From: Amoebidium appalachense
Lineage: Eukaryota; Protista; Ichthyosporea
Assembly: GCA_963693365.1 (NCBI GenBank)
Contig: CAVNZM010000007.1
Coordinates: forward strand, 8,925,962-8,989,961
DNA length: 64,000 bases
Direction of reading: 5' to 3'
The position numbers and the translations under genes were made by a program. Within the stretch, counting starts at the first letter, position 1, and each line of letters opens with the position of its first letter. Under the pieces are notes generated by a model. It had not been told where the DNA came from. It saw only the letters and a list, made by a program, of their open reading frames with translations, and searched no databases. Positions 11,811 to 26,866 of this stretch are shown here, piece by piece.

Positions 11811-12224
11811 ATGACAATCCACTGGGCGCAACGGTTTTTTCAGGCCTTCACCGACAATGCAGCAAATATTACCGCAGCGGTGGCCCTGTTTGGGACGTTC
11901 GGGGCTACGTTGCATTACGTTGAGGTAAACCGTCAGCGCACTGCAGTTCTGGAGGAAAAGATCAGCAAGACTCAAGCGGTCTTGGAGGTAGCTCTAAAGG
12001 AAAAGATCAGCAAGACTCAGGCGGTCTTCGAGGTTGAGCTGCGTAGCAAGGAAAAGGAAATGGCTGCCCAGAGGGAGTTGTTTGAGCACAAGCTGGAGAT
12101 ACAGGAGCAGAAGCACCAGAGGGAGGTGGAAGCCTCAGCCAAGGCGTTTACGTGGGATGTTCTGGTGAAGACCGGCCTGTCTGCAGACTACCCTTTCCAG
12201 CCCCATCCCAAGGCCGGGCAGTAG
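11811..12224 (+). CDS. Hypothetical single-TM plus coiled-coil protein (137 aa)
   Basis: Hydrophobic ITAAVALFGTFGATLHYV, then an E/K/Q-rich helix with an internal 45-bp duplication (EEKISKTQAVLEVAL/KEKISKTQAVFEVEL). Coding-like codon usage; possible acceptor ttgcag at 11760. Confidence 0.65.
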   Translation: MTIHWAQRFFQAFTDNAANITAAVALFGTFGATLHYVEVNRQRTAVLEEKISKTQAVLEVALKEKISKTQAVFEVELRSKEKEMAAQRELFEHKLEIQEQKHQREVEASAKAFTWDVLVKTGLSADYPFQPHPKAGQ

Positions 12225-13832
12225 ATGCTTGGTCAGAGGTCCTCGTAAGAAGTTGTTATGGTTGAGTTACTTCCGGCGTCTTTGAGCCTGGGCATGCAGC
12301 AAACTCGTTTTAGATATATTTGTTCGCTGTTAGGAAACTGATTTTTTGAAGGTTGTTTATGAGTTGTGGCATAGGTTGATGATGTACAAGTCCAGTTGTA
12401 AGACATGCAAAGTGGATATGAGTGAAGGTCAGTGAAAGCGCTTGCAGGGCCCAGGTGGCAATAGCTAGCCGTTTATTTGAGTGAAGCAAGGGACACCGTT
12501 TGTTTTGAATTTTTAGTCGGAGCCGTAAGCTGCTCTATCGAATGACCTACACTATCGACACTTCACCCTTGCTGACGACCACATCAATACATAAGGCTGG
12601 AATGACCTTTCTCTCAAGTTGACTACGCACTTAAATGCCATGCAGACGCAGAAGCCTTCCCAAGAGATCGTGGCCCTGGTGATGCCGTCTTAGGGTCTCG
12701 CCGCTGCAGCTCGGCGGCAGTTGATTTGATTTCTGCCCGTTCTACTCCTCTCTTCTACCCCCTCGTTATCCATTCCGGGTGCCAGGGTGCCAAGATGTCC
12801 TGATGTGTTCATACACACTTGACATCTTAAAGCTAGCTATACTGTGCAATGATAAGCATGGCTCATCACAGAAGCACAGAAGCCATGCCCCGCGCTTAGT
12901 TGGATTCCTGTGTGGGTCTATCAGCTTTATACCAAAAAATGACAGTGTTGTCAATCATTTGCAAAAACTGGCATTAAGCCTTAGCATTCATAGGTCATAT
13001 TAAGGACGTGTCACAAAGGTTTTCAACAACTATAGGGAACGAGGAACAGAGATTGTTGGGCAAATATAATATAAAAGATATATAATAATAGAATCTAAAA
13101 ACGAATGTGAATCTCTCGATAGCTCACTTCTGTAGATAGTGCGCAAATAGGAGATATACGAGAAGGGACGGCGAGTGGGTTGGTGGGTGGTTCGAAAGTA
13201 GAGAGAAAGTGTGTGAAAGCGTGTGTGTGAGGTGAGCCAGAGTACGAAATAGTTGTGGTTCCGAGGAGAGAAGGGAGATAAAAAAGTCATGGGGGGTGAT
13301 AGGGGAGGGAGGGGAGAAAAAGCAAATTCATGCATGTGTGTGTGTGGTTGAGCATGAATGAGGGGGTATCAAGTAAGCAAGCACGGAATCGGGGGGATAG
13401 TAAGAGGCAAAAGGAAAAGGGTGGTCGAATCTCTTAAGAGTAAGCACGTGTTGAACAAGAGAGAGGGGACAGCAAGAGTATGGTTGATGTTTGTTAGCAA
13501 GTGAATGGCAGGGGTAAGTGTTTGTGCATGTGTGTGTGTACTATCCGCATCGCTTTCATGGAATCGAAGCTTCAGCTTGACTTAGTCATCAGGACAAACT
13601 TGAACAGCATGCTCGTTAACAACTGTCTCGATCAAGGTCTCGACAAGCTCTTTGTCAGCCAGCCCTGTTATTTCAGGACTCATTAAGAGTCAACGGGCGA
13701 AATAGACTAGGCCAAACAGCATCTATGTGATCACGAGCTGCCATAGCTTCAGTACTGATTATTTTGTTTTGTACACCATGTCCGGAAAAAACTCTTGTCG
13801 AACCCCAAAAGAAGTGCAAAATTAGTTACTTT

Positions 13833-14173
13833 GGGTTGCCGCAAGTGCTACTTACGACAAAGAGCTCATGCTCGACTAGGCATGTGTGGAGGTAATGGGA
13901 CTGGACTCTTCCACGCCAAGTATGACGTCACAGCTCGCAGGCGAATGGGTCCCCTTGGGCTGTAAAGCGCTTCGCTCGTCTGTCTAAGCTCCACAAGCTA
14001 CTGAAAAACTTCAATGGCTAGCATAAGGGAAAATAGGGTTAAAGGGTATAGGTCAAAAAACGTCCTCGTCATCTATTTTGCTCTTCTACGACTCTGCTGT
14101 CTTAATTAAGCTTACGTCAGCCAAGTCAGCACAGCCGGGCCGGAAACATTTGTCACGCATGACGTCACCACGA
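13833..14173 (-). repeat. Right arm of the inverted repeat pair, with a ~190-bp interruption
   Basis: Reverse-complement identity to 11092-11322, e.g. CACAGCCGGGCCGGAAACAT...CGCATGACGTCACCACGA and GAGCTCATGCTCGACTAGGCATGTGTGGAG. Confidence 0.8.
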
Positions 14174-14645
14174 TGTTCCCTACATGTTTTCATCCTCCTC
14201 CTCGTCCTCCACATGTACAGGCAACCACGCGTTAGCCTGTGTTTGTGCCTCGAGTTGGGGAAAACTCAGAAAAAGAACCCCAAAACGCCCGGGTTTCTCT
14301 ATTATCGAATTGTTTCCCCCCCCCTCTGACATGGGAAACTCGTAAAACCAAACCAAAAACACAGTTTTTTTTTTTTATACTCCCTACATGTTTCACTCTC
14401 CTAAACGCCGATAAATCCAGGAGATTCGGAAAACTCAACCAAAAACACCACGTATTGGATGTTCCCTGCATTATTTCATACACGGAGATACGGCAAACTA
14501 AACCAAAAACACCGTCCCTACATGTTTTCATCCTCCTCGTCCTCCACCGGAAGCCACATGTTGCTTTGTGTCTGTTCCTGTCTCTTGCGCCTGCCCATCT
14601 TCCTCCACACGAGCAGACCCAGCACACCCACGCCAAACCCACCAA

Positions 14646-17528
<2,883 letters not shown>

Positions 17529-17577
17529 CTATCAGAACAACATGAATCACATTTTTATAAGCGAGGGATACAACCGG

Positions 17578-17618
<41 letters not shown>

Positions 17619-17821
17619 CGCGTGTGTGTGCGGCTGTGGGTGTGCGTGCGTGCGCTTACTTGCATGTGTGCCTGTGTGCATTTTAGGAAGGGGAGTGGGG
17701 GGGCCGGGGGGGAGGGGGAGGGGGGGGGGGTCTGTGGAAAATCGTTGCAGAAAGAGAACATAATCCCCTAATCCCCTGATAGTCTGACAGCGTACATAGT
17801 CTGTTTACAACTGTTGTTCCT

Positions 17822-20135
17822 TCAGAGCTGGGTGGGGTTAGGGGGTGGGATGGAGGACAGAGGGTAGTAGCAGGTGCTGAGGTTCCGTCGTGCCTCCCCC
17901 GTGTGGTTGCTGTGTCGTAGGCGCTCGATGGTCGTGCTGACACTGGAGGTGATGGCCGTGAAGTGGCCCAGCTTCTGGGAGTGGGCCAAGTACATGGTGC
18001 ACAGCTTGGAGGGGGGCAGGGCCATGCTCAGGTCCCCGTACCGGCGTAGCACTTTGGCCCCGCTGTCCATGTCCACCACCACCAGCCGCAGGCGGGTGAC
18101 TGACTCAGGCTGCTCGGCAATGGCTGTATTGAGGGCATCCACGGCTGTCCCCAGCTCATCCACCGTCAGGCCGTCCTCTGCAGGCACAGGCAGGTCGTAC
18201 TTGGTCCACAGCACTCGGGTTGCCCTCACCAATCTCCGCAGGTAACGGTCTTGGTGGTGGCTCCTTGGATCTGTGGGGGGGAGTAGCAGGTTGCACACCC
18301 CACAGCCGGAAGATCTCGACACCCCCAGGGTCGTGTTGCCGGCCCCCAACACCTCCTCCGGGGTCAGCAGGTGGCACAGCACGTGGTGGTCCTTGCGATC
18401 CATGAGGTTGCCCCCCTTGCCCAGCACCTTGCGTGTGTGCTCGGTGGGCAGGCTGGCCTGCTCGTTGCCATTGGCTGCCTTCTTCACCCACATCACCATG
18501 CTGTACAACAGGCACAGCTGGGCACAGTTGGGGCCGTAGGCAAAGCCGTGCAGCTGCTGGTGGTCGAGGGCCCTCTCCCCGGTCACCTGTGGGTCGTCGG
18601 TGCTGCAGGCAGCCTGCACGAGGGCGGTCACATCCACCACGGCCTTGGCCTCCACCAGATCCTGCAGCCACCGTGCATTCACCCCCGTGGTGGTGGACAG
18701 GGACCCGCAGGCCCCCCTCCTCACCATGTCCTTGGGTCGGGCCACCGTCAGATGCACGGTGGATCTGTTGGAGTACACTGGTACTCCCGGCTAGCAATGT
18801 CTGTTAGAGAAAGTTTCTGAGCAATTGAATAATTGTTTCAACACTCACTCGAGTGCATAGAGCTTTTGTTTACGGTCATATTCATATATGGTAGTTATAT
18901 GTTTGAGCCAAAACTGTACCAATGACGAGCTTCACTAGCAACGTGCTAATTGTGCTCATTAATTAATATTCCCGGTTCAGATGATGTCATGTCTATATTT
19001 GCCACAGGATTCTATTCTTAGAGTGGTAGTGTGCTTTATTCCCGGATATTCTCAGAATATTTTTAGTTGTGTGAAGTAAGATTTACGTTTAACTGCAATT
19101 GGTGTGTTAAACACGTTTATTTGTGTGCTTTAGTGCAAGTTAACTAGCCACTCAACGTGCACAGTTAACTTTTATATCTTTAACGACTTGTTTTCATTGT
19201 GCTCTCTTTTCGGCCATGCTGTACATGGCCCACCACCAGGGTGCACACGAGGCCACCATGAGGTGGCCAACGACTATATAAAGCAGTGCCTCCCATGTCA
19301 CAAACATGGGAAGCAGAACGTTTGATTTACACTTTTCTACTGTCGTTTTCAGTGCACAAAACACATAGACTAGTTACCCATCATACACGACACTATGTCT
19401 GACAACTTACAGTTGCAGCAACTAGTCCAACTACTGGAGCAGAGGTTGGCCTCACAAGATGCAATCATTTCTGACTTACAGAAGGAACAACGTGCACTAG
19501 AACTAGTTTCTATGAACACAATGTCCAACAGGATCTGCCGTCCATGAAGGTCTCGGCTGCACTCTGGGTGCGTTGCCGTATGTTCTCCATCAGCTTGAGC
19601 ACCACGGCGTTGACATCACCATTGAACACCTCCATGGGGCCGGCAGTAAACACACGACGGTTGGTCACGTCGGCGTTGGGGTTGCCATCATCCCCCACCT
19701 GGTTGTCCACACCGTTGGCCTGCACGTGCAGGCTGATGATACGCACAATCAGCATGTCCCCCGCCTGCACATCTGCACGGGCCATGGCATCGAACAGCAT
19801 GGCTGCAAAAAACTGGGGGAACTCAGTCACGTCAAGGGTGCGCAGGGGTTGGTACTCGAGGGTGTGGCCACGCACACCCAGTCCCCGTGCCTGCATGTCA
19901 TCTACACGGGAACGCAGTCGCCAGTTGCCCTCGGCCGGCATGGCAATGATCTGGGGGTCATCGGGGTGATTGATGGGGGCGGGGGCGGGGGGCTGGCCGG
20001 GGAGGGGGTGGGGGTGGGGGGTGGTGGGGCCAACATGGCCTGCAGGAAGGGGTGGGCCTGCAGGACCTGCTGCGGGTCGGCATCCAGTGCCCGCAACAGA
20101 TCATCTTCAAACTCTTCCTGGCTCTCGCTGAACAT
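17822..20135 (-). pseudogene. N-terminal terminal-protein/OTU-like region of a protein-primed DNA polymerase B; interrupted and truncated before the exonuclease/polymerase domains
   Basis: ORFs 19510-19941 and 17822-18778 join in frame once the solo LTR and one TSD copy are removed (...LMENIRQRTQSAAETFMDGRS|TVHLTVARP...). Downstream: GPNCAQLCLLY, GLTVDEL, LRLVVVD...YG, MYLAHSQKLGHFTAITS. The upstream 20135 ORF joins through a frameshift in a C-rich run. Confidence 0.65.
18766..19530 (+). mobile_element. Solo LTR (Ty1/copia-like), 765 bp, 5-bp TSD GGATC
   Basis: TGTTGGA...TCCAACA termini; GGATC at 18761-18765 and 19531-19535; TATATAAA at ~19275; ORF from ATG 19395 open through the LTR end. 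Confidence 0.9.
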
Positions 20136-20424
20136 CTTGAATGGTAACCTTAGATCTCAGGCTGTAATCTTATAAATCTCAAGTATCAATCTAATCGATG
20201 GTTGCTAGCCTGGCTGTGCCAGAGCAATGCCTCAATAAAAAACAGCATGCAAAATAACGTCTCTGTGCCTGTGTCTATTAAATCTCAAAGCCCAGTGAAA
20301 TCTCAAAAGCAAAAATCTCTCCAAATCTCACGAAGCAGTACGCAAAAACAACAAGTCTGTGCGCGTGTCTGGCCGCCGCCGGCCGGCCGCCTCTGTTTAC
20401 CAAAAACAATGAGCCATTCGCGGT

Positions 20425-20600
20425 CCTATTGGTCAGTTTCGGGATGGAATGTACAGATTTCGGCTTACGCGTTCTGATTGGTCAGTGTTCCGGCAAATTT
20501 GCTTTTTCGCCTCTTAATTCCCATTGGGCGACTATTTCCATTGGTCAGTTTCCCATTGAATTCAGGATTCGAATTCCCATTGGTCAGTTTTCGCCGGAAT
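20425..20600 (-). promoter_or_regulatory. Array of CCAAT-box repeats (ATTGGTCAGT on + strand) upstream of the pPolB-like ORF
   Basis: ATTGGTCAGT at ~20428, 20477, 20540 and 20579, plus ATTGGG at ~20523. Confidence 0.4.
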
Positions 20601-22691
20601 TCAGAATTCTCGCATTCCTTGGATCCGCAGCACCTGTACGTGTGCGCATCACATGTACGCGCACACGTACGCGTACACGTGTTCCGCCCTCTCTATTTAA
20701 TTTTTTAATTAAAACCACGTGCGCTGCACGTGTTTTGCACACACACAGTGTGTGCACGTGCTCCTGTACATATATCCACCCATATCTCATATCCCATGTC
20801 GCGATATACACAGATATCACACACCTCATATCCACCTATGCCATATCTTTGGGGGCTGCGGGACCGTGTGGATGTGACGTCACACCTGTGACGTCACATC
20901 CACGGGGTGCCGCACCCCCATATGTAGTACTATAAAACTTTTTTACGGCCAACTTTCGAACATGGACTTCCGCTATTGGCCTGCCAGTGCGCCCCACCTC
21001 GCGAGGCGGCCGTGGCGCTGAGAGAGTTCGACGATTTTCAGGGAGTAACTGCGCTGCGCACTTTGTTTCGTACTCGGTTAAGTGCCTCCCTTAATTAGTA
21101 TGTTTGGATTGTCGTCTGCTGTTTGTCGTATGGAGGAATTGTCTCTTCGTTTTTGTTTTCGTTTAGTTCGGATACCTGATGGTCACCCTCTTTATGCTTT
21201 CTTTCCCCCCCCATCTCTCCATCCCTCTTCCCCCCGATTCACCAACGCCACTTCTGAATGTCCTCAGCCTACCGTCTTTCAACCTGATCCTTCCTCTCGC
21301 TATCTCACTCCCTCGAGCTCTTTCTTTTTTCTTCCTGTTTTTTCTGCCTTTTCGAGTTATTACCTAATTTATGACGCAGTATAAGTTTCTTTCTCGTTCT
21401 GATAGAGAAATCAAAGGTAAAACTCAGTCGGCATGTGTTATGTTCCTTTAGGCAACACCTGTAACTGATCATTTAATTCGCTTTTTGGGAGCTTTGGCAG
21501 GTCCTGATACATTTCTCCTGCTGTACGTATCATACCACCCTTAGGCTAGTAGATAAGTCTGTATGGTGCTCTGATGTTGATATTGCCTGGGAAGTTGTGC
21601 AGTAGCGTTGTAATTCTTGTTTCCATCGCCGCTGGTGCCACTTTTGTGCTGAACTTTTTAATTGAAAGCATGTTGATAGCTGTGAGTTTTTATGTCGCGT
21701 TTTACCTCTTTCCCTAGTACGGGTGTCTGCTTCACTGGCTGGCAATGTGAACACTTGAGACTTTTTGTTGAATAATTATTCTGTTGGTCGTCACATTGAG
21801 TATTTATATCATTTTCACACAGACTGTTCAGGTATCTCAGTATGCACTTGCAATTGTTACTGGATAACTCGTGAAGTTTTTATTGTCTTCAGAATCTCAG
21901 TATGCCGTGCATACTTGCATGTCTTTCCGTCGAATAAATCCATCAAAAGAAAAGGAAAAAAGTTTTCACAAGTATTTCAGTTATTTTTGCGAAATTTGGA
22001 TTTCTGAAAAAAGTTTTACGGAAAAGTCGACTGCGCTGAGCACGTAGAACACCTTATTTTTGTTTTAGCACCCCTCCTTCATTCTTTTCCAAAGAAGCGC
22101 CAATTTAGGGTCATTTAATAAAAATCTAAATTTTCAAACCAAAATTTCAAAATGTTCCTGTGGCGGCACCGGGCACTGGTCCGGGTGCATTTGAAGTGGA
22201 CACTGTCAAGACGGACACTTTGACGTGTCCATTTCTGAAATATCTCAATTATATGGGGAGGGACGACCCCTTGGATCCGGGTGGCTACCGATGCTAGCCT
22301 CTGCTTACCCATAATATGTAATAGGGGTGTCATATACAACGATGGCGCTCATTGTTGCCTAGCATGTACATATGTCACTGGCTGCATTTGATTGGCTGCG
22401 CTGGAAAACGCAGTAGGCCGTCGAATGTGGCTGGGCCTCGACCGGCAGTGCCCACGCAATAAAAGTGTGTAAACCCCATTTTGGGATCTGAAATTGGAGG
22501 GGTTTACGCTGTTTACTCGAGGCAAAGAGAACCAGTCTCAGGTATGGGGGGGGGCTTTGCTCGGAATATCCCCTCAGCGGTATATCATGATCACGTACAT
22601 AGATGTCGGGTGGTGACTATATATCAGGGTTTACTTTCTCTACGAGACACCATAAAGACTACAAGGAGAAATCAATTAGTTGGGGTTCCCC

Positions 22692-22741
<50 letters not shown>

Positions 22742-22773
22742 GGGCTCCCCTTGGGACACTCGGTATCAGCTGG

Positions 22774-22848
<75 letters not shown>

Positions 22849-25474
22849 TGTGTGTGTGTGCGCGTGCGCTATAATTTTGTAGTGATGTGTTTCTCAAGCC
22901 AATCAATACATCTAATAAACAGGTCGTAGTTACGCGTGTTTAGTATAAAATCAAGGATGTTGTAATTTACAGGTAGGCTATCTTTCTGGGTGTCTGTTGT
23001 GAATGTGACGTGTGTGTGTTGCGGTATTAAAACTACATTTGGCGATACATGACCGGTTAAACTGGTGTGTGTGTGTGTTGTTTGGGCATGCAAATGATGC
23101 CACCTTATACTTATTAGATCTCCACTGTATAGCACGTGTACAGTAAAAGCGTGGTAATTGATCAATAATACCATCAGCTAGAGAAAGACCAGTTCTACAG
23201 GAAGGTAATATGTATTTAGGTGTTATACATTTGCGAGTGCCATATTTGGCAATATGGTTGAGGCGGTCAATTGGAGGGCTTCAGAGTTCCGGCACCATAC
23301 CCTGACCTACCCATAGTGTTATTCGCTTTCACAATCGCCTTCTGGTAGATATACAGGACGTTGTGGGGGCAAGAGGGGGGGGGGGGGGCAAGAGGAAGTA
23401 GATCACTGCACACGAGCTTCATAGACACCCACATTGACTACGTATAAGTTGGAATATAGGTTGTCTCACAGCTCACGTGCACCAGCCACGACGGGTTTGG
23501 CCCTGACTGGCCATCACTAACCCTTCCTTGTGCCTGCGAGCTTGACTCGGCGACCACAAAAGACCGTGATCATAGTGCTCAACGACCACATTCCACAACT
23601 GCTAGCGATGGGTAAACCAATCACATTGATGGTGCCTGGAGGACCAATCATTTTCTGATGGGCTATTCGGGCTGGACAGGGGCACGCAACGGGATGCGTA
23701 TTCACACATCGAATAGATGGATTTTAAACCTCAAAAAAGGGAGGGAAAGAATTTGACGGTTTTCTTATTATTTTTTATCTATGGGCTTATTCGCTTCTAA
23801 CCTGTGAAGTGTGAACCTTATGTGATCATACTGAGCCGCGCTCGGCAGTGAGCCGGCACCACGCGCGCACACATGGACTGGTTAGATCATCCTGTGAACT
23901 GATTGGCTCCGTGCGCATCATAGAATAAATTATGATAAACAAAAGGATCTTTTGATTCTTGCGGTTTCATTTTTTCCCATTTTCAAAAACTGCCACTGTA
24001 CAGATATAGACGAAAAAGGAATTAGGAGGCCAAAACATGCACGCCGGATGTTTTACTATATAACGTCGTCCATTGCAAGCATTTGCAGCTTGTCATTGTC
24101 CGGCGAGTGTATTGTGGCCCTAATCCCCCAAGAGCTCCCATTGGGACTACCAAAGTTTGAAGAATTTTTTCGAGAAGTCACTTACAGTCTACAGATACAT
24201 TTGTAGTATGGCTAACTTACAAAGTATGCACCATACAGACGCTGTAAAAAGCAAGCTCTTAGTAAGTCTGCTTTGGCTATAGCAAAAAAATTGATTCTAT
24301 TTTTTTCTTTTATTCAAACCCCGCTCTTAGAAGTTCAATGAAAGCTTCACCGCACTGAAATGGAAGAGAAACTTTGCCGGCATAAATCTTAAAAAATTCT
24401 TACACCAAACAACGCCCCACAAGAAAAGGTTTGGGAGAAATCGTGGCCAGTAAATTTTGGGACAAAGCTTCAAATCTTAGCTCTTGATGATTCGTGGAGG
24501 ATCATCGCTGTGATGTTCCGTTTAGTCCCTGCATTCCGGGGTGCTTTTGGCATTTTAGCTCAGTGAGTCAGTAGTGCAAGGCGCGGATTTGAAGTGGCCC
24601 TTTTTTGGCCAACAGAGGCTTACAGAGCTAATCAACAAAGTACAAAGTGGTCCTTTTATACAAATTAAGTATTTTTTATCATTTTAACTCACTACTACAT
24701 CTTTTGAAACAAATTTACATATCATAGTGTGACCAAATGAGAATCAGTTCCAGCAGATAACCGTTTCTCGCGGGCTGATAACAATTCGGCGAAATAGCCT
24801 TCTTCCGTCATCGTTGGTAAGCCAATAGAATGTGTTTCTTACATGATTGGATTACAGGGCCCAGGCAACAAGGTACTATGATCAACTTGCCTCCTAATCT
24901 CCCGGACCTGGAAACTGGTGCGTCACAAATTAAGCTGAATTCCGGGCCAGGCTTACCTTCAGCCTGACCCGAAATGATCATCGATTCCAGCCTGTTCCGA
25001 AAATAGCATCAAAAATGAGAGGCCAGTTCCGAAAATAGTAACAGGCTGGTTTTGGCGGGCAAATTGGCCAATCGCATCGTTCGTAGCTAACTGTTGTTTA
25101 CGTTTTGAGGCCTCGAGCTCAGACTGTTGTTTTAGTGCTTACTGGACAAAAACCAAACGAATGCCAACATCCTTGGCTCTTAAACATCGTTAAGCTACGT
25201 ATTTAGCTATTCTAAAATGGGGTATAAAGGTGTCTATCTAGAACAGTGTGTATGGTTGCCAGTCCAACTACGCAACTACGCCTTCGGGCAGAAAAGGCAC
25301 TGTGCCGGAGTGTAAAGCCGAAGGATGCTTCTGAGCAACCACGTTCAAAATGGGTGGCGGGTTATATTTACACTAAGATAAGGAGTCTTGAATTAAGAAA
25401 CCCACCACACGGAAGGAACGGGGGGGGGGGGGGGGAGAATAATAGGAAGCAACTCAAACCCACTTGTGTTCACA

Positions 25475-25509
<35 letters not shown>

Positions 25510-26866
25510 GCCACCACCACCACCACCACCACAACCACGCATCCTGACAATTGGGGGGGGGTGCCTGGTTGGCTAGGCTTTGTGCTTCCCCATTTACCCC
25601 CTTTGCACAGTAACTGTGTGGTTTCCCGGTGTCTACCGCTCCACCCATCACTAGAGGTTGCTCCCCTCCCCACGAACACACACACACTCACAGTACTAAT
25701 AAATAATAGTCTCTGCTCCCTCCCGACCTTTTTCCTGCCCATCTAGCAACTCCTTTCGAAAATGAAAGATTGCCAAACCAAGTATGTACACTCTAAACAT
25801 GGCTTTTTATGCTTAGAAAGAGAGAGGGAGGGAGGGAGGGAGGGAGAGAGATCTAGAGTGAGAGCGAGAGGGAGCGAGAGAGAGCTCTCACGGTGTGTGT
25901 GTGGGTGGGTGAGTATGTGTGTGTGTGGTTTTGGGGCGGATGTGGGGTGTGCGTCTTTTTAAGGCCTTTTGTGTATATGCGTGCGTGCGTGTGTGACTGT
26001 GTACATGTTTGGGTGTGTTCGTGTTTATGTGTCCACTGTGCCGAAGCAGGAGTCTGAAGTTGTGTTAAGCAGCTCTTTCTCTCCCTCGGCTCTTTGCTCG
26101 GCGAAGGAGTGAGAGCGGGTATATTGGGTGTTTGTATGTGTGTGTGCGTGTGTGTGTGTGTGTGCCAGTGTTCCTCCCTCGGCCTCCCCCCCCCCCCCCC
26201 CCCCCCCCCTCAGCCCCCCTTCTCCTCTTACGCCATACCCACCATCGCCACCCATACCACTGCAACCCAGCTGGTTGGCACACGCAACCACATTAGCTCC
26301 ACAGCTGAAACATAAATATATATTTATGCATGTATGTGTGCTTGTGTGTATAACATAATTATGTGTGGCGGTTTTAGTCATGTTTCTTCTCGCGGGCCAG
26401 CGAGCCTTGGAGAGCTTCGCGTGTTGGCGTCGATAGCCTTTGCCGCACTTTGATCGATCCAAACCAGCCTGTTCCATATTTTAGATTCCGATTCGAACCC
26501 TGCAGTTTCCAGGCCCGGGAGATTAGGTGGCCTAAGTGCTCCCACCACATTGAAACTTGCATGCGGCGTTTATCTTCCACTCCTCCAGTGTATTTACACC
26601 TTTCACACTTCAACGCCAGTCACGCCCCACTCACCCGTGCTGCACAAAGCTCGTGAGAACATAGAATGAGTGCTTTTCTTCAAAGGAGTAAACGGTGGTG
26701 GCTGCAAGTAGCAATACTGTAACACTTGAGCAAGTGATTCCATGTGACTTGTGCATGGAGTTGTCACTTGTTCATAAAATACCATAGCACAGAGTGGTTA
26801 GTTTTTGCAGAGGGCACTCAGTTCACATACAGCACAAAACACGAGAATCGTTCCAAGTTATCCAAA

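Larger units (their letters stand above)
17822..20931 (-). mobile_element. Truncated Polinton/Maverick (adintovirus-like) element: one terminus plus the N-terminal part of pPolB
   Basis: Minus-strand terminus AGTACTACATATGGGGGTGCGGCACCCC resembles the AGTAGT Polinton end and carries hairpins. It is followed by an ORF with pPolB N-terminal (TP/OTU-like) motifs. Confidence 0.65.

Noticed and set aside
22020-25240. Possible Kolobok/Harbinger-like MITE ends (GGGGTTCCCC, ATAGACACC/GGTGTCTAT)
   Set aside because: Only ~9-bp matches and no convincing TIR pair or TSD.
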